NCBI GenBank assembly: GCA_947471565.1
Contig: CANIVT010000013.1
Coordinates: forward strand, 473-64,472
From: Spartobacteria bacterium
GTDB taxonomy: Bacteria > Verrucomicrobiota > Verrucomicrobiia > Chthoniobacterales > UBA6821
Direction of reading: 5' to 3'
Length of the DNA: 64,000 bases
Part shown: positions 1-9,000 of the stretch, piece after piece
Layout: each line of letters starts with the position of its first letter
Position numbering within the stretch: position 1 is the stretch's first letter
Notes under the pieces: generated by a model
Seen by the model: only the letters and a program-made list of their open reading frames with translations
What the model was told of the DNA's origin: nothing
Databases searched by the model: none
Translations under genes and position numbers: made by a program

Positions 1-111
1 TGGCCCTGATCCCTTTTTCCAACTCCGAGGTTAGAGAAATATTCATAACCGGAAAATGCATAGATTGACAATCCTTGTCAACATCCCCTGGTCTTATCCC
101 AACACCTCCCT

Positions 112-153
112 CCTTCAGCCTTCAGCCTTCAGCCTTCAGCCTTCAGCCTTCCG
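112..153. repeat. Tandem heptamer array (CCTTCAG)x5 plus one degenerate unit CCTTCCG
   Basis: Read directly. Perfect head-to-tail CCTTCAG units run from 112 to 146, followed by a degenerate unit at 147-153 and then CCTAAAC. The array is non-coding and lies downstream of the stop (260-262) of the minus-strand ATPase gene. Confidence 0.95.
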
Positions 154-190
154 CCTAAACCGCTTCATCCTTTCCCCTCGCTTCTCCTAC

Positions 191-252
191 CGACTCTCGA
201 CTCTCGACTCTCGACTCTCGACTCTCGACTCTCGACTCTCGACTCTCGACTC
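191..252. repeat. Tandem heptamer array (CGACTCT)x8 plus a partial unit
   Basis: Read directly. There are eight perfect CGACTCT units at 191-246, then CGACTC. The array ends 8 nt from the ATPase stop codon. Confidence 0.95.
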
Positions 253-259
253 CCAATTC

Positions 260-1402
260 CTACCTCCCCGCTCCCACGGCGGCCCTCAGCTCCGAGATCG
301 GGAGGAACTCCACCTTCAGCCCCTTGAGACCCCTCTCATGGATGGTGGTCACATTCGGGGCGACGACGAGATTGCGGCCCTCCGGATAGGCTTCTCGGAA
401 CCTCTGGAGTCCCTCGGCCTCCATCGCTTCGGAGTTCCACTTGCACTCGATGGCATCCACACGCCCGCCTGTCTGCGGCACGACGAAATCCACCTCACGA
501 CCCGAGGCATCTCGCCAGAAATGCACTCTCGGCACCGGAGTCGCCATCAGCGTGTCGAGGACGAGATGTTCCCAGAGCAGGCCGCAGTCCTCGGGGCGGA
601 GCTTGTCCCAGCCCCGCGCATGACAGACGAACCCCGTGTCAAATCCATACAGCTTGGGCCGCGAGACCAGTTCCCTGCGACCGCCGCCGGAGAAAGGACG
701 CAGCAGATGGGCGACATGGGTGGCCTGCAGGACCTCCATCCAGTTCATCACCGTGGGACGGCTCACCCCGGCATGCTTCGCCATCGAGGTCGCCTCCATC
801 AGCCCTCCGCTCTGACGCAGGACCAGTTCGGCCAGCAGGAGAAAGGCGCTCCTCTTCTCCACGCGGAACATCTCCTGCACATCCCTTGCGAAATACGAGT
901 CCAGCCACTCCGCGTAGAATTCCCAGCTAGGCTCCCTGGCCAGCAGGGCGGGGGGGAGCCCGCCGCGCAGAAGCCGCACGGTCAGATCCCTCACCCCAAA
1001 GGCCGGCAACTCCTCCGCCAGCACGGGCGGGAGCACCACCGAGCGCTTCCTCCCCGTCAGCGTGTCGCGGAACTTCCTCGTCGCGGCCAGCGTCGAGGAA
1101 CCGGTCGCCAGCACCCTGAGATGGGGGAAGGCATCCGTGGCGATCTTCAGGATCCGACTCGGATCGGGAAGCTGATGCACCTCGTCGAGGATGACGAGAG
1201 GCATCTCCAGAGAGCGGAAAAACGACTCCGGATCCGAGAGTCGTGCCACATCGCCGGGCAGATCACAGTTTAGGAACACCGAGGTCCCCAGTTCCCGGGC
1301 CAGCACCGTCTTTCCGGCACGGCGCACCCCGGCCAGCCAGACCAGGGGAACCTGATCCCAGGCACGGTGGAGGCGGGATATCCAGAGTGGGCGATCAATC
1401 AT
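260..1402 (-). CDS. AAA+ ATPase fused to a PD-(D/E)xK nuclease-like C-terminal domain (AAA_14/DUF4143-type architecture)
   Basis: 380-aa ORF with Walker A GVRRAGKT and Walker B LVILDEVH. The C-terminal 'GREVDFVV...GRVDAIECKW' fits the D...(D/E)xK nuclease signature. The family name is from memory of DUF4143 ATPases. Confidence 0.85.
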   Translation of the reverse strand: MIDRPLWISRLHRAWDQVPLVWLAGVRRAGKTVLARELGTSVFLNCDLPGDVARLSDPESFFRSLEMPLVILDEVHQLPDPSRILKIATDAFPHLRVLATGSSTLAATRKFRDTLTGRKRSVVLPPVLAEELPAFGVRDLTVRLLRGGLPPALLAREPSWEFYAEWLDSYFARDVQEMFRVEKRSAFLLLAELVLRQSGGLMEATSMAKHAGVSRPTVMNWMEVLQATHVAHLLRPFSGGGRRELVSRPKLYGFDTGFVCHARGWDKLRPEDCGLLWEHLVLDTLMATPVPRVHFWRDASGREVDFVVPQTGGRVDAIECKWNSEAMEAEGLQRFREAYPEGRNLVVAPNVTTIHERGLKGLKVEFLPISELRAAVGAGR

Positions 1403-1409
1403 CGGAAGC

Positions 1410-1445
1410 CAGACTTTACATCTATACGGTTAAATGTAAAGTCTG
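1410..1445 (-). promoter_or_regulatory. Perfect 12-bp inverted repeat (CAGACTTTACAT-N12-ATGTAAAGTCTG) abutting the ATPase start codon
   Basis: Read directly. The left arm is 1410-1421, the spacer 1422-1433 and the right arm 1434-1445. The ATPase ATG occupies 1402-1400 on the minus strand, so the repeat covers the region where an RBS, 5' UTR or operator would lie. Confidence 0.5.
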
Positions 1446-1514
1446 ATTACATTAAACCCCTATCCATAATCCCAAAATTTGCATTAGAAACTGGGATCTG
1501 AGCAGGAAAGATAG

Positions 1515-1740
1515 GTTAAAAGGGTTAGAGCCGTTACAAAGTTACAACGTGGAGATGGGGGGCCAGCGGAGTGGCGGAGGCAGATGGCCAAGAAGCACAG
1601 GAGCGGTGCCATTCCCGATTCACTCTGATTGGATTTAGTCCCATTTTAACTTTTTAACTTTTTCACGTTTTAACTCCGCATGGACTCACCATCTTGGTGA
1701 AGCTTCCAAATCAGTGAAACCTACCCTATTGCCAAATCTG
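1515..1740. repeat. Copy A of a conserved non-coding element (partner at 15595-15912)
   Basis: Hand alignment to 15595-15912 shows colinear anchors. GTTAAA, ACGTGGAGA and GGCGGA.GCAG.TGGCCA keep identical spacings in both copies (32 and 26 nt). AACTTTTTCACG follows, then a 55-nt ungapped core (1686-1740 vs 15858-15912) with 45/55 identical positions. Stops occur in all frames and no ORF is conserved. Confidence 0.7.
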
Positions 1741-1791
1741 CGTTAATCCTGAATTCGGAATCCTTCCCCCAGCTCCCCCCTCCTCAATCCC

Positions 1792-1875
1792 CCTAACAGC
1801 CTTCAGCCTTCAGCCTAACAATCTAACAGTCTAACAATCTAACAGTCTAACAGCCTTCAGTCTAACAGCCTTCAG
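1792..1875. repeat. Mosaic microsatellite array of 7-mer CCTTCAG (x4) interleaved with 8-mer YCTAACAR (x7)
   Basis: Parsed directly as CCTAACAG CCTTCAG CCTTCAG CCTAACAA TCTAACAG TCTAACAA TCTAACAG TCTAACAG CCTTCAG TCTAACAG CCTTCAG. The array ends 6 nt before the vapC stop codon (1882-1884). Confidence 0.95.
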
Positions 1876-1881
1876 CCCCCA

Positions 1882-2316
1882 TTATCCGATCTGCAGTGGA
1901 TTCCAGACCCTGGTGAAGCCGAAATCCCCGAAATCCTTCAGATTGGCCGTGGCGAATTCAGTGACCCCGTAGTGCCTTAGGGTGAGCGCCAGACGGGCAT
2001 CGATAATGCGCCGCACTGCAAAATCATGGCTTGCCGCCATCTCCCACACATCCTTCATGATGGGGGCACTCTCTACAAGCAGCCAATCCGGATTGGAGCG
2101 AAGCGTCTGGCAAAAGCTCTCCGCTTCCTTGGCGGAAAAAGGATGCTCCATGATGCGGACATTGCGAAGCTTGAGATAGGTCTCGACGAGCATCAACTCG
2201 CAGACCACCACATCCTGCCGCTCAGCAAGGGATTGCAGGAACTCCCTGGCCGCCGCGTGGTCGGGCGAGTCCAGATTGGAGCCGTGGACGAGGATATTGG
2301 TGTCGAACGAGATCAC
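1882..2316 (-). CDS. vapC: PIN-domain toxin (VapC-like ribonuclease)
   Basis: The ORF-track frame 1882..2490 contains a PIN signature: 'ISFDTNILV' (first Asp), 'VCELMLVE', 'IIDARLA' and 'ATANLKDF'. I chose the GTG at 2316 as start, giving MISFDTN with the Asp at position 5, 11 nt after the antitoxin stop. An alternative ATG at 2355 would overlap the antitoxin by 28 nt. Confidence 0.8.
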   Translation of the reverse strand: MISFDTNILVHGSNLDSPDHAAAREFLQSLAERQDVVVCELMLVETYLKLRNVRIMEHPFSAKEAESFCQTLRSNPDWLLVESAPIMKDVWEMAASHDFAVRRIIDARLALTLRHYGVTEFATANLKDFGDFGFTRVWNPLQIG

Positions 2317-2327
2317 GGGATGAATGC

Positions 2328-2561
2328 TCAGTCCTCGTGCGACAGCGCCGTCCATTCCTCCTCGGGAGCCAGAAAAGCTCCGCAATGGCGCGGGGAGGGG
2401 GGGTGCCAGGAGGCGGATTGCTTGCCCTGGGGCGCCTGCGTGGACAGGAATAGCTCCGCGGCCCGTCGTAGCGTCTCGGCAAGAGACCACTCCCGTTCGG
2501 AAGCCAGATGCTTCAGTTGGCGATAAAGACTGTCAGGCAGTTGGATCTGGGTCTTGATCAT
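2328..2561 (-). CDS. vapB: Ribbon-helix-helix antitoxin (VapB-like)
   Basis: The N-terminus 'MIKTQIQLPDSLYRQLKHLASEREWSLAETLRRAAELF' has the beta-strand/helix/helix pattern of RHH (CopG/Arc) antitoxins. It lies immediately upstream of the PIN gene on the same strand. The start is the ATG at 2561; the ORF track extends to a TTG at 2597. Confidence 0.75.
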   Translation of the reverse strand: MIKTQIQLPDSLYRQLKHLASEREWSLAETLRRAAELFLSTQAPQGKQSASWHPPSPRHCGAFLAPEEEWTALSHED

Positions 2562-2562
2562 G

Positions 2563-2577
2563 ATGGATAATATCCAT
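2563..2577 (-). promoter_or_regulatory. 15-nt perfect palindrome ATGGATAATATCCAT directly upstream of the vapB start (candidate autoregulatory operator)
   Basis: Read directly as a 7-1-7 palindrome ending 1 nt from the ATG at 2561. RHH antitoxins typically bind palindromes in their own promoter. Confidence 0.45.
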
Positions 2578-2611
2578 TGATGGAAAAACAATGTCAACTC
2601 TCCGCTTCCCT

Positions 2612-2648
2612 CCTAACAATCCGCCTCCCTTCAGCCTTCAGCCTTCAG
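2612..2648. repeat. CCTAACAA unit followed by (CCTTCAG)x3, the same unit family as 1792-1875
   Basis: Read directly: CCTAACAA at 2612-2619 and CCTTCAG units at 2628-2648. It has the same orientation as the arrays at 112-153 and 1792-1875. Confidence 0.9.
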
Positions 2649-2950
2649 CCCCCCCATCTCCGACATTCCTCCCTCTTTTTTTTCAAAAATTCCCCTTGCG
2701 ACCCCTGGGAGACACCTCTATCTTCTACAAACCACTATCCCTCAAAGTGTACACCCTCACCATGCGCTCATTCTCTGAAAGAGTCCGGAGAACCCCTTTT
2801 CAGCAAGGGTTTCAGCCTCTGACTGCACAGGAGAGGCCTTGTCATGCACCCTCCTTGGGGGCGTTTTTCTCCGGAATCCTAGAACCTGACCCTCCACGAT
2901 CTGCATTCTCCTTCAACTTTTCACCACCCCTTCCTGTCTAATCAGCAGCA

Positions 2951-2985
2951 CCCAGCTCCCAGCTCCCAGCTCCCAGCTCCCAATC
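2951..2985. repeat. Tandem heptamer array (CCCAGCT)x4 plus degenerate unit CCCAATC, 25 nt upstream of the giant ORF start
   Basis: Read directly. Perfect units run 2951-2978 and the degenerate unit is 2979-2985. A C6A7 homopolymer pair at 2990-3002 and the ATG at 3010 follow. Confidence 0.95.
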
Positions 2986-3009
2986 TCTTCCCCCCAAAAA
3001 AACCGCACC

Positions 3010-6000
3010 ATGAAGACCAAGCCCACCCCCCGGTTATCAGCAACACGTAGTACAGTCACCCAGACTTGGTTTAGGAACTTTGTGTCCATTTCACTGCTTC
3101 TGGTGCTGGAGTCGTTGCCGTCGGCGAGAGCGCAGAAAACCTGGGATGGAGGAGCCAATAGCACCAACCTGAGCTCTGCAGCCAACTGGAATGCCGATGC
3201 GGCGCCCGCCAACAACGTGGCATGGGTGTTTGGAAGCACCAACGGCAGTCAAGGGACTATACTCAACAATGATTTTTCCGCATTATGGACGAATGCTGGG
3301 ATAACATTCAGTTCAGGGGCACTGGCCTATACCATCAACGGCAATGCTCTGACCCTTGGAGGGAACATTGCGAACAATTCCACATCCCTGCAAACATTTG
3401 GAACGGATTTTGTACTAAGCGCCGCTCGCACAATTGCTACTACGGCGAATGGAGGCAATCTTCGCTTTAATGGGAATTTCTCCGGAGCCTTCGATCTGAC
3501 CTTTAATGGGCTAGGTACAACAACATTAGCTGGAACAAGCAATTCCAACAATAGGAATTTTGTAAGTTCTGGTGGCACTGTGATAAATATAGGGACAACA
3601 ACCTCTGGTCTTTTAATTGGTAATGCAGGAACCGGATTTACAAATACTTTTGTTAACTCAGGCACTTATAACAGCGGGGACAAATTCGGTATAGGTCAAT
3701 TTGGAGCCAACTATAATCTCTTAACCAACAGTGGAACATACACTCACACTGCTGGTGCTAACAATTCGATTTTAATGGGTCAAGGAGGCGCAAATTCAAC
3801 AAATATTATATTCAACACGGGAACATTTTTACATGGTTCATCACAATGGGGCATGATGGTCGGATATACACCAACAATATCCGCATTTAATGCTGTAACG
3901 AATACGGGAAGCTTCAGCAATGGAAATGCTAGTGGTAAAACCTCCTCATTCACACTTGGAGGCGGCGGCAATACGAATATTGTCAACAACAGTGGGAATT
4001 TTACCAATTCGGGGGGGTTTTCAGTCGGAGGCGGAGATGGTTCAGCTGCTGCAACCATGTATAATTTGCTAACAAACAGTGGATTCTTCACAAACTCTTC
4101 TACATTGGTAATCGGATATGGAGCACTAGCAGCGGGTAGTAACATTGTGGCTGTGGGTGGAGGGACGATGGGCATAGGCGGCACATTGATTGTCGGCTCC
4201 AATGCTCCGGGAAACAACATTCTAAATGTTGATTCTGGAGCCACACTCAGCGGCAATGCGTTAACCATCGGAGCCAACAGGGGTAACAATTCAGTGACCA
4301 ATGCTGGCACCTCGACTTTCACGACCGTCTTAGTGGGTAATGCTCGAACCAACACCGGAGCGACTAACTCTATTACACAGATTGGCGGCACATTCACGGG
4401 AACCTCGCTCCAACTAGGCGCATCGCCGGCGACGACAAATGGTTCCAATGTTATTAACACTGTCAACATCACCGGAGGTCTGATGCAGATCAACGGCAAT
4501 ACTACCATCGGTGGCACCGCCAACACTCCTTCAGGAGCCAACACAATATCGCTGGGCGGCGGTACGCTCGTGATCACCGGAACCCTCCAGCCAGGCAGTG
4601 TGGCCAACCAGACCAACTCCTTTGTCTGGACCGGCGGCACCCTGAGCGTGGGAACGATAACGGCTTCCAATTCATTCTGGACGGGAGTTTCAGGCAACTC
4701 GATCACAAACAACACGCTCTACAACTCCGCTGGAAACCTCCTTGTTGGCAACAGCACGAACGGCTATGCGGGCAGGACAGCAATCACTGGACATTACGCA
4801 CAGAGTGGCACAGGTACCACGACCCTTAACATCCTGGGTTCAACCCAGACAAACTCTTGGACAGGCGGCACCACCAATTACAGCCTGTTGGCCGTGTCCG
4901 GCACGGCGGCGTTCGGCGGAACCGTTGCGCTCAATATGACCAACTTTGACCTAGCGACCAATGCTGCCGCGATTCTGACCAATGCCACCTTTGCATCCAG
5001 TTCTTCTAGCTTGACCAATGCCACACTTGCGGCCGTTTCAGCGAATGGAATCCGAGGCAGCACCACCAGTGGGGGCTTCACTAATTTCAGCTTCCTCAAC
5101 ACCAATGGCTTTGGGGCGTACCGGTTGCTCTCCACCTCGACGAACCTCACCTTCAGCTACGCTACTAACAGTTATTCCTCCGGCAATTGGGGGTCGGGAG
5201 GTAGTGGTGCCTGGAGTCTTGGAATCGATCCCAACAGCTCCAACGCCGTGGCCTTTTTTGGCGGGGCCGGTCCCTCGACTGTCACGATGGACTCCAACCG
5301 CACCGTGGGTGGACTTTTCATCACCAATAGCGGCGGTCTGGTCCTGACCAATGATGGATCCACCACGCTGACGCTTGCGCAGTCATCCGTTCTCGGTTCC
5401 ACCGCGCTCGTGCGCAACACCGGAGGTAATCAGACGATTGCTGTTCCCCTCTTGCTCGGCACGACGATGGAAGTGACCAACAGCGGTACACAGACCCTCA
5501 CCTTGTCGGGATCCATCTCCGGCACGGGTGGGCTGCTCATTAATTCCAACGGTGCCACCCTCCTGACCGGCGCTGTGAGCGCCTCTGGCCAACATACGGT
5601 GAACTCCGGCGGCGTGCTGACCGTTACGAACGGAGGTTCGCTGGCCAATGGTGCGATTGCCGTCAATGGAACACTCAATCTCGGATCTTCAGCAAACTCG
5701 GCCCCCGGACTACTTAGCGGGAATGGGGTCATCAGACAGAGCGGAGGCGGAACATTGACCCTTGCCTCTGGAGCCAACACTTTCGGTGGTACGAACCTTC
5801 TTCAGGCCGGAGCGCTTGTGGTTGGAGGAACCAGCTCCTTGAACAGCGCCACCGTCAGCCAGTCGGGGGGGGCGCTCACGGTGAACTCCGGCGGATCCAT
5901 TGGCGCCCTGACCCTCTCATCCGGGACGGCCACTATTTTGGGAACGGCTGCAAACGTAACGGCCTCTGGAGGCACTCTGTCCGGAACGGGATCCCTCACC

Positions 6001-9000
6001 TCGGCGACTCTCAATTCGGGCTCAACCGTCAATATAAGCAATGGATCCGCTGCTGGTACTCTCCAGGTCGGGAGTCTGACCATTACCGGCGGCAACTTCC
6101 TCTGGAATCTTTACGGTAGTACCGCTGACAGTATCAATGTCGCGGGAGGTGTCACCTTTTCAGGACCGCAGACCATCACGATTACCAATGCCGTCGGTGC
6201 GGGTTGGGATGCCACGGTTTCCACGAACTACACCATTCTCACGGCTTCGAATTACAGTGGCTTTAATAGCGCGAATTTCACGGTCACCCCGGGTAATGCG
6301 GGAAGCATCGGCACCTGGACTCTTAGCAACAGTATCTCCAGCGGTCTTGTCCTGAATTATGTGGTCAATGCGACCACGATCTCCATCACTTCCTCCCAGC
6401 CAGGGCTCCTTCAGAGCGTGGCAACCAACACTGTCTTTGCAAATGTCGGAACTTCACCTGTCCCGCTCGAGATGAGCGGCACTGGCGAGTATGTGCTCAA
6501 TATGAGCAACACCTACACCGGACCTACGACGATCGGCTCCGGCACATTGACAGCGCAGAATAACGCATCCTTTGGAAACTCAACCGGAATCAATCTAGGC
6601 ACCTCTTCCAACGGATCCTCGAATGCCGTGGTGAATATCAATACGACCGGGGTGACCGTGACTCCGGTGGTTACCGTTCAGGGAACAGGGGGTAATCTGA
6701 TCCAAAACTCATCGGGGGGTGAGGTGACGTACTCCGGGATCATTTTGCAGACCAATGCAACATTGGCAAACGTCTCCACCAATGGTGGCTCAGTTAATGG
6801 TAATCTCATTGTGAGTGGTGTGGTAAGCGGCGGCGGCGCGCTAACGATCACTCCGGGAAGCGGAACCGTAACCCTCTCGGAAAACAATTCATACCAGGGA
6901 GGATCTACTCTCAACGGCGGCACCCTGGCCGTCTCCAACTCTTCCGCTCTCGGCACCGGCACCCTGTCGGTCGCCTCCGGAGCGACGCTCCGCGCTTCCA
7001 ACAGTGTCAATCTCGCCAACAATGTCTCGGTGTCCAATGGCAGCACTACCCTCACCTTGGATGCCGCCGGCAATAACCTCACCAACTCGGGCAACATCTC
7101 CGGAAGCGGTGCGATCAGCGCCTCCTCCATCGGCGGCGGCACGGTGACCCTCTCCGGCTCCAACAGCTACGGCGGGGCCTCGACGGTCAACAGCGGCACC
7201 CTGGCCCTCGGATCCTCCAATGCCCTCCCCTCCGCCACCACAGTGACAGTCGGCGGCACCGGCGTCCTGAATCTCAACGGCAACAATGCCTCCGTGGCGG
7301 CTCTCTCCGACGGTGGCGTCTCGACCGGAGCGATCACCAACTCCGCCGCCGCCTCCACCCTGACCGTCAACGGGTCGACTGCTTCCGCCTTTGCCGGCAA
7401 TATCGGAGGCGCTCTCGGTCTGACCAAGTCCGGCACCGGCACGCTGACCCTCTCGGGCTCCAACGGCTACACCGGTCAGACAGCCCTCAACGGCGGTATC
7501 CTTGCCCTCGGCAGTGCCAATGCCCTCGCTGGCACCGGGACGATCAGCTTCGCCGGAGGTACCCTGCGCTTCGGCCCAAGCAACTCGGTCGACTACTCTT
7601 CCCGCTTCAGCACCAATGCCGGTCAGCTTTACAGCCTTGATCTGAATGGCCGCAACGTGACGCTGGGATCTGCCCTCACGAGCACCGGAGGATCTCTGAC
7701 CCTTACCAATTCCGGCGGAGCGGGCACCTTGACGATCACCTCGGCTGGAACCTACACGGGCGGTACTCTTATCGCTTCGGGTTCCACCCTTGCCCTCGGG
7801 TCAGGCAGTGCCGGATCCCTGGGCGCGGGGAATGTCACCAACAACGGTTCCTTGGTCATGAACTTCGGTGGCGGAACCAATTCCAACACGATCTCCGGAT
7901 CCGGATCGCTCCTCATCACCAATTCGGGTTCCCCTGCTTTAACGCTCTCGGGTAGCAATTCCTTCTCAGGAGGACTCACGGTCAACGGAACGCGTCTCCA
8001 AATCACCAATGATTTTGCGCTCGGTACCAACAACGGCGCTGTCGCATTGAATGGATCAACCATCCAGACAGTGACGACAAACGTCACGCTTGGTGCGGGT
8101 CGCGTCATCACCCTTGGTGGGTCGGGAGGATTCCTTCGTGTCAGCTCAAGCAGGACGCTAACTGCTCTTTCCCAGATCACAGGCTCAGCGGGCCTCGGAA
8201 TCGCCATGGACACGGGTACTCTGGTGCTGGCTGGATCCAACAATTATTCTGGGGGCACGACACTCGGTGCCACCAATGCTCCCGGTGGTTGGTCCGCCGG
8301 CTCGCTTGCCGTGACACTCTCCAACAGTGCGGCTCTTGGGACTGGGAATGACCTCACCTTCGTGGCCTCCACCAATGCAATCACCCTCGGTCTGAACAGT
8401 TTCAACGCCTCCGTCGGTGCCCTCAATGGTGACACCAACGCCACCATCAGGAACGGCTTGTCCGGAACCTCCACGCTGACCGTCTCTAACAGCGGAACTT
8501 CCTCCTACTCGGGCGTCCTGACCAACGGCTCCGGCACTCTGGCGCTTGCATTCAACGGCAACGGCACCCAGTCGCTGGGCGGATCCAACAGCTTCACCGG
8601 CGGTCTGACTCTGAACTCCGGAACTCTCGTGGTCTCCAACGCCTTTGCGCTGGGTGCCACGAACAACGCCGTCACCCTCAACGGCGGTCTGCTTGATCTC
8701 TCGGGAAACAGCGTCGGGGTGGGTGCCTTTGCGGGAACGTCTGGTACGCTTACCAACAGCGGAGCGGCCTCGATCTTCACCGTGGGTAACGGCAACGGAA
8801 CCGGTACCTTTGCGGGCAGAATCACCGGATCACAGCTCGCCCTGGTCAAGAATGGCACGGGAACCGTCACCCTCTCTGGTAATAACGACTTCGCGGGGGG
8901 CGTCACGGTCACGGCGGGCACTCTTGCGCTCGGCAGTGCCTCCGCGCTGGGTACGGGAACGCTCACGATGAGTGCCGGTTCCCTCAATGAAACAGCCGCT

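Noticed and set aside
56-1273. 405-aa plus-strand ORF translating through the microsatellites (LQPSAF..., STLDSRL...) and antisense to the ATPase gene
   Set aside because: It is a shadow ORF typical of GC-rich DNA. It has low-complexity Arg/Pro/Gly-rich composition and no motifs, and the opposite strand carries a clear Walker A/B ATPase.
2696-2724. Possible sigma-70 promoter TTGCGA-N17-TATCTT about 290 nt upstream of the giant ORF
   Set aside because: It is a single weak consensus match in AT-richer intergenic DNA. The promoter consensus for this lineage is unknown to me, so it cannot be supported without TSS data.
112-2985. The tandem arrays as CRISPR arrays
   Set aside because: The units are 7-8 nt head-to-tail with no spacers, whereas CRISPR repeats are about 24-48 nt separated by unique spacers. 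No cas genes are present.
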